Virus record (IMG/VR): IMGVR_UViG_3300050122_000047
Span: 1-42,126 of that record
Origin: a virus
Direction: 5' to 3' (one strand)
DNA: 42,126 bases
Positions within the stretch are counted from its first letter, which is position 1; every line of letters begins with the position of its first letter. Below, in pieces: positions 39,695 to 42,126 of the stretch. The position numbers were made by a program, and so were the translations under genes. The notes under the pieces were generated by a model. It was given only the letters and a program-made list of their open reading frames with translations. It had not been told where the DNA came from and made no database searches.

Positions 39695-40537
39695 CTAGCT
39701 CTCCTCTTGCTCGTCTTGCTGGTCGTTGTCGAAGCCCTGGATAAAAGCATCCGCCCCGTCAATACGAAGTAAACCGCCCATGTCCTCCACCAGGAAGACA
39801 CGGCCGGGCGAGGCGAAGGAGCCGAGCGAGCGGTAGGCGATCTCGCCCGTGAAGTCGTCGGGGATCAGGTCCACGATGAACGGGCCAACCCAGGTTTGCT
39901 CCTGGTCGTCGCTGTAGCTGAGCATGAGAACGGAGCCGTTGACCTCGTCCAGTTGACCGATGCTGGAGGCGATCCGCACCGCGTCGCAGCTCTTATAGAC
40001 GCGGCTGCGCAGGGTCAGGCCGCCGGTCACGGCGTGGTAAATCTCGCGCCAACCCTCGTCCATGGTCGCCAGCGGGTTCATCTCCCAGATATAATCATCC
40101 AGCAGGTCGCCGCCGACGATCCGATCACCCCACATGGTGCCGTTGATCAGGTTCCACTGGCCGAAGCCCTGGGTGGAGAACTTGGCCCAGAGAGACGTGC
40201 CCTGGTCATAGACGAAAGTGCCCTGCGCGCCGAGGTTCAGGACATAGAACTGGTGGCCGTCGAGCGTGAATTCCCAGGCGAGCGAGCGCGCGGGGTCGGC
40301 CACGCCGCTCTTGACGCTGGCTAGGATCACAACTTGGCTGGTAGCTGCTATCACGTTACCCTCCGCACTCGACGCGACCAGGGCTGTCACCTGGGGAATT
40401 TTGGCCCGCTTGGTCTGCGGCGGTGCGACGGACACGAGGAGCGCCGTCTGAGACACCTTCCCGCCCGGGCCAGAGCCGGGGACAGCCGCGACCAGCGCGA
40501 CCGTCTGCGTCATGGTTAGACCGATTGACGTCACCAT
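39695..40537 (-). CDS. Tail structural protein (280 aa) with a four-fold N-terminal Q-x-x-x-L-V motif and an acidic C-terminus
   Basis: TQTVALVA / SQTALLVS / PQVTALVA / SQVVILAS, then a beta-rich body. Sits between the LamG tail protein and the tail fibre. Confidence 0.55.
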   Translation of the reverse strand: MVTSIGLTMTQTVALVAAVPGSGPGGKVSQTALLVSVAPPQTKRAKIPQVTALVASSAEGNVIAATSQVVILASVKSGVADPARSLAWEFTLDGHQFYVLNLGAQGTFVYDQGTSLWAKFSTQGFGQWNLINGTMWGDRIVGGDLLDDYIWEMNPLATMDEGWREIYHAVTGGLTLRSRVYKSCDAVRIASSIGQLDEVNGSVLMLSYSDDQEQTWVGPFIVDLIPDDFTGEIAYRSLGSFASPGRVFLVEDMGGLLRIDGADAFIQGFDNDQQDEQEES

Positions 40538-40547
40538 GGCGATTCAC

Positions 40548-42126
40548 CTAGCTCGTGCGGTTGAGCCGCACCCTCCCGGACGTGATGGACGTGGGCGTGA
40601 GGGGGTCGCCCGTGTCGGGGTCCAGCTCGAACACGTCCTCCCGGTAGCTGGGCGTCAAGGTCAGAGCGTAGTCGCCGCCGTCCAAGTGGCCGTTGAGCGG
40701 GCCGACGAACGAGGCTTGCAGGGAGCAGGTGCCGTTGTCGTCCTTGAAGCTGCGGGTAACGATGGTCACAGCCTTGACGACCGTGGTGTCAGGCGGCGGC
40801 CGGTTGAAGTAGAATTCGCTCGGGCCGGGGATGTCGGCACCGCCGGCTAGGGTCGTTGAGGTCCAGGAGCCGTCGGCCGCCGTGGTCGAGGTCGCGATGG
40901 CGTCGCCAGCCGAGCCGGGCAGGTTGGCGACGACCTCCATTTGGCCGGAGGGCAGGCCGTTGGCCGTCACGTCATCGTTGACCAGGGTGCCCGCGCCGTA
41001 GGTGACGCCGACGCCCGGACCCAGGTTGATGGCGTTCAGCAGGTTGGACAGAGTGTCCTGCACGGTCGCACCGATCAGGACGTCGTAGGCCGCCGCGCCG
41101 GCAATGGTCGTCACGAAGCGATAGACCGCAGCGGTCGGCGTGCCGGAGCCCTTTGTGCCGACCGTCACGGTCTCGTGGTTCGAGGGCAGGGCCGTCTGGG
41201 TGTAGATGCTGAACGCGGGCGTGAGCGCGGCCTCAATAAAGGTGTAGTCGATGGGCGTGGCGCTGTTTATGTCCTGGAAATTGAAGAAGCCATCCTGCGG
41301 CAGAACGATGACCGGCAGGTTCGTGCCGGAGCCGCTAATGCGCATCAGGGACCCGTGCGAGGAGTCGTCGGTGAAGGAGTTGTTGTCGAACCCCAGCAGG
41401 AGGGCGACGTCCAAGAAGTCGGGATCGGTGATCGTGTTGCGGCCGAACGGAACCGTCGTCGGCGTGAAGTTCGCGATGTAGCGAGCGACGCCGATGGTCA
41501 GCCGCAGCTCGTCCATCCAGCCATAGACGCTCTTGAACTGCGCCGGGCCGAAAACGTCCTGCTGGCCGCCGAAGGAGGTAGCCTCGGTGCCCGCGAACGG
41601 AACGGTCGTGTCGGGAACAGGCAGGCCTTGCTGGATGCCGTCGATGAACAGCAGAAGCTCGCCCGAAGCGCGGACCACCGCCAGGTGATACCAGCGGTTC
41701 GTGTCGGGGACGAAAGGCCACTGGATCGCGTCGAACACGGTCCCGGAGAACCCATTCGGACTGTAGCGCAGGGACAGGTTGCCACCAGTTCCAGGGCCTT
41801 GTAGGTAGAACTGCCACGACCGCTGGTTGTCAAGCTCGCTCCACTTGCCCGCCATGGTCATCTGGTTCGTCCCGCTGGGCAAGCCGGCGAAGCGGTAGAA
41901 GCCCTCAATGGTGAAGTCGCCAGCGCCGAGGTCGGTTGTGGGCGTGTTGGTCGTCCAGATCACTTCTTGGTCGCCGTTGGGGGAGCCGCCGGTCTGTAGG
42001 CCGGTCTGCGCGGCGACGCCGGCACCGACGTTGCGCAGGGCGCGGCGGGTCCAGCCTTGGGTCGGGGCGTCGGCGTCGGGGAACAGCGTCACCACGCGCA
42101 CGTCGCCTTCAAAGTCGTTGTTCAGG
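40548..42126 (-). CDS. 3' part of the 733-aa LamG/concanavalin-like tail protein (continuation of 750..1)
   Basis: DFTIEGFYRF...QRSWQFYLQ...NRWYHLAVVRASGELLLFIDGIQQG...YGWMDELRLTIGVARY is a typical Laminin_G_3-type jelly-roll. The track start at 42101 is an internal GTG. Confidence 0.8.
   Translation of the reverse strand, partial: LNNDFEGDVRVVTLFPDADAPTQGWTRRALRNVGAGVAAQTGLQTGGSPNGDQEVIWTTNTPTTDLGAGDFTIEGFYRFAGLPSGTNQMTMAGKWSELDNQRSWQFYLQGPGTGGNLSLRYSPNGFSGTVFDAIQWPFVPDTNRWYHLAVVRASGELLLFIDGIQQGLPVPDTTVPFAGTEATSFGGQQDVFGPAQFKSVYGWMDELRLTIGVARYIANFTPTTVPFGRNTITDPDFLDVALLLGFDNNSFTDDSSHGSLMRISGSGTNLPVIVLPQDGFFNFQDINSATPIDYTFIEAALTPAFSIYTQTALPSNHETVTVGTKGSGTPTAAVYRFVTTIAGAAAYDVLIGATVQDTLSNLLNAINLGPGVGVTYGAGTLVNDDVTANGLPSGQMEVVANLPGSAGDAIATSTTAADGSWTSTTLAGGADIPGPSEFYFNRPPPDTTVVKAVTIVTRSFKDDNGTCSLQASFVGPLNGHLDGGDYALTLTPSYREDVFELDPDTGDPLTPTSITSGRVRLNRTS
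42000..42126. repeat. Right copy of the exact 127-bp terminal repeat
   Basis: Identical to 1-127. Confidence 0.95.

Noticed and set aside
1-42126. Prophage or temperate lifestyle
   Set aside because: No integrase, excisionase, CI-like repressor pair or att-like repeat was recognised. The contig closes on itself with phage genes only. Lifestyle nonetheless remains unproven from sequence alone.

Overview
This 42,126-nt window is a complete, circularly closed phage genome. Bases 1-127 recur exactly at 42000-42126, so the unique unit is 41,999 bp, and the window is cut inside a tail gene. The sequence is GC-rich (by eye low-to-mid 60s %, not computed) and densely coding. Most long antisense ORFs in the six-frame track look like shadow ORFs caused by that GC content.

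Two divergent arms leave a ~1.1-kb AT-richer non-coding control region (10953-12054) and meet at a convergent hairpin terminator (28811-28847).

Rightward (+) arm, 12055-28773:
- DUF932 protein and about ten small unknown early genes
- Toprim/SF3 primase-helicase, J-domain protein and a Cys4 protein
- three tandem micro-TM ORFs
- family-A DNA polymerase, Cas4/RecB-like nuclease, VRR-NUC nuclease and SNF2 helicase
- holin plus embedded i-/o-spanins

Leftward (-) arm, 10952 down to 1 (= 42126) and on to 28881:
- small proteins, TerS, TerL, portal, scaffold and P22-type coat
- gp4-like and gp10-like proteins
- a two-domain LamG tail protein that wraps the window ends, and a tail fibre
- three ejection proteins, one with an M15 peptidase domain
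- a tightly coupled accessory block: holin-like TM protein, HTH-metallophosphoesterase, His-rich coiled coil, GapR/DUF2312 homologue, HD phosphohydrolase, DUF5664 protein, GH24 endolysin, HNH endonuclease, and an SH3-like/DUF2829 (Tad2-like) fusion

No RNA polymerase, integrase, tRNA, rRNA or CRISPR array was seen. The GapR homologue plus the GC content suggest an alphaproteobacterial host.

Best follow-ups:
- the nucleotide-directed accessory block and Tad2-like fusion at 28.9-33.5 kb
- the motif array and palindromes in the control region
- the strand-split lysis cassette
- the micro-TM ORF trio
- the VRR-NUC/SNF2 out-of-frame overlap

All family assignments come from motif recognition by eye, not from database searches.
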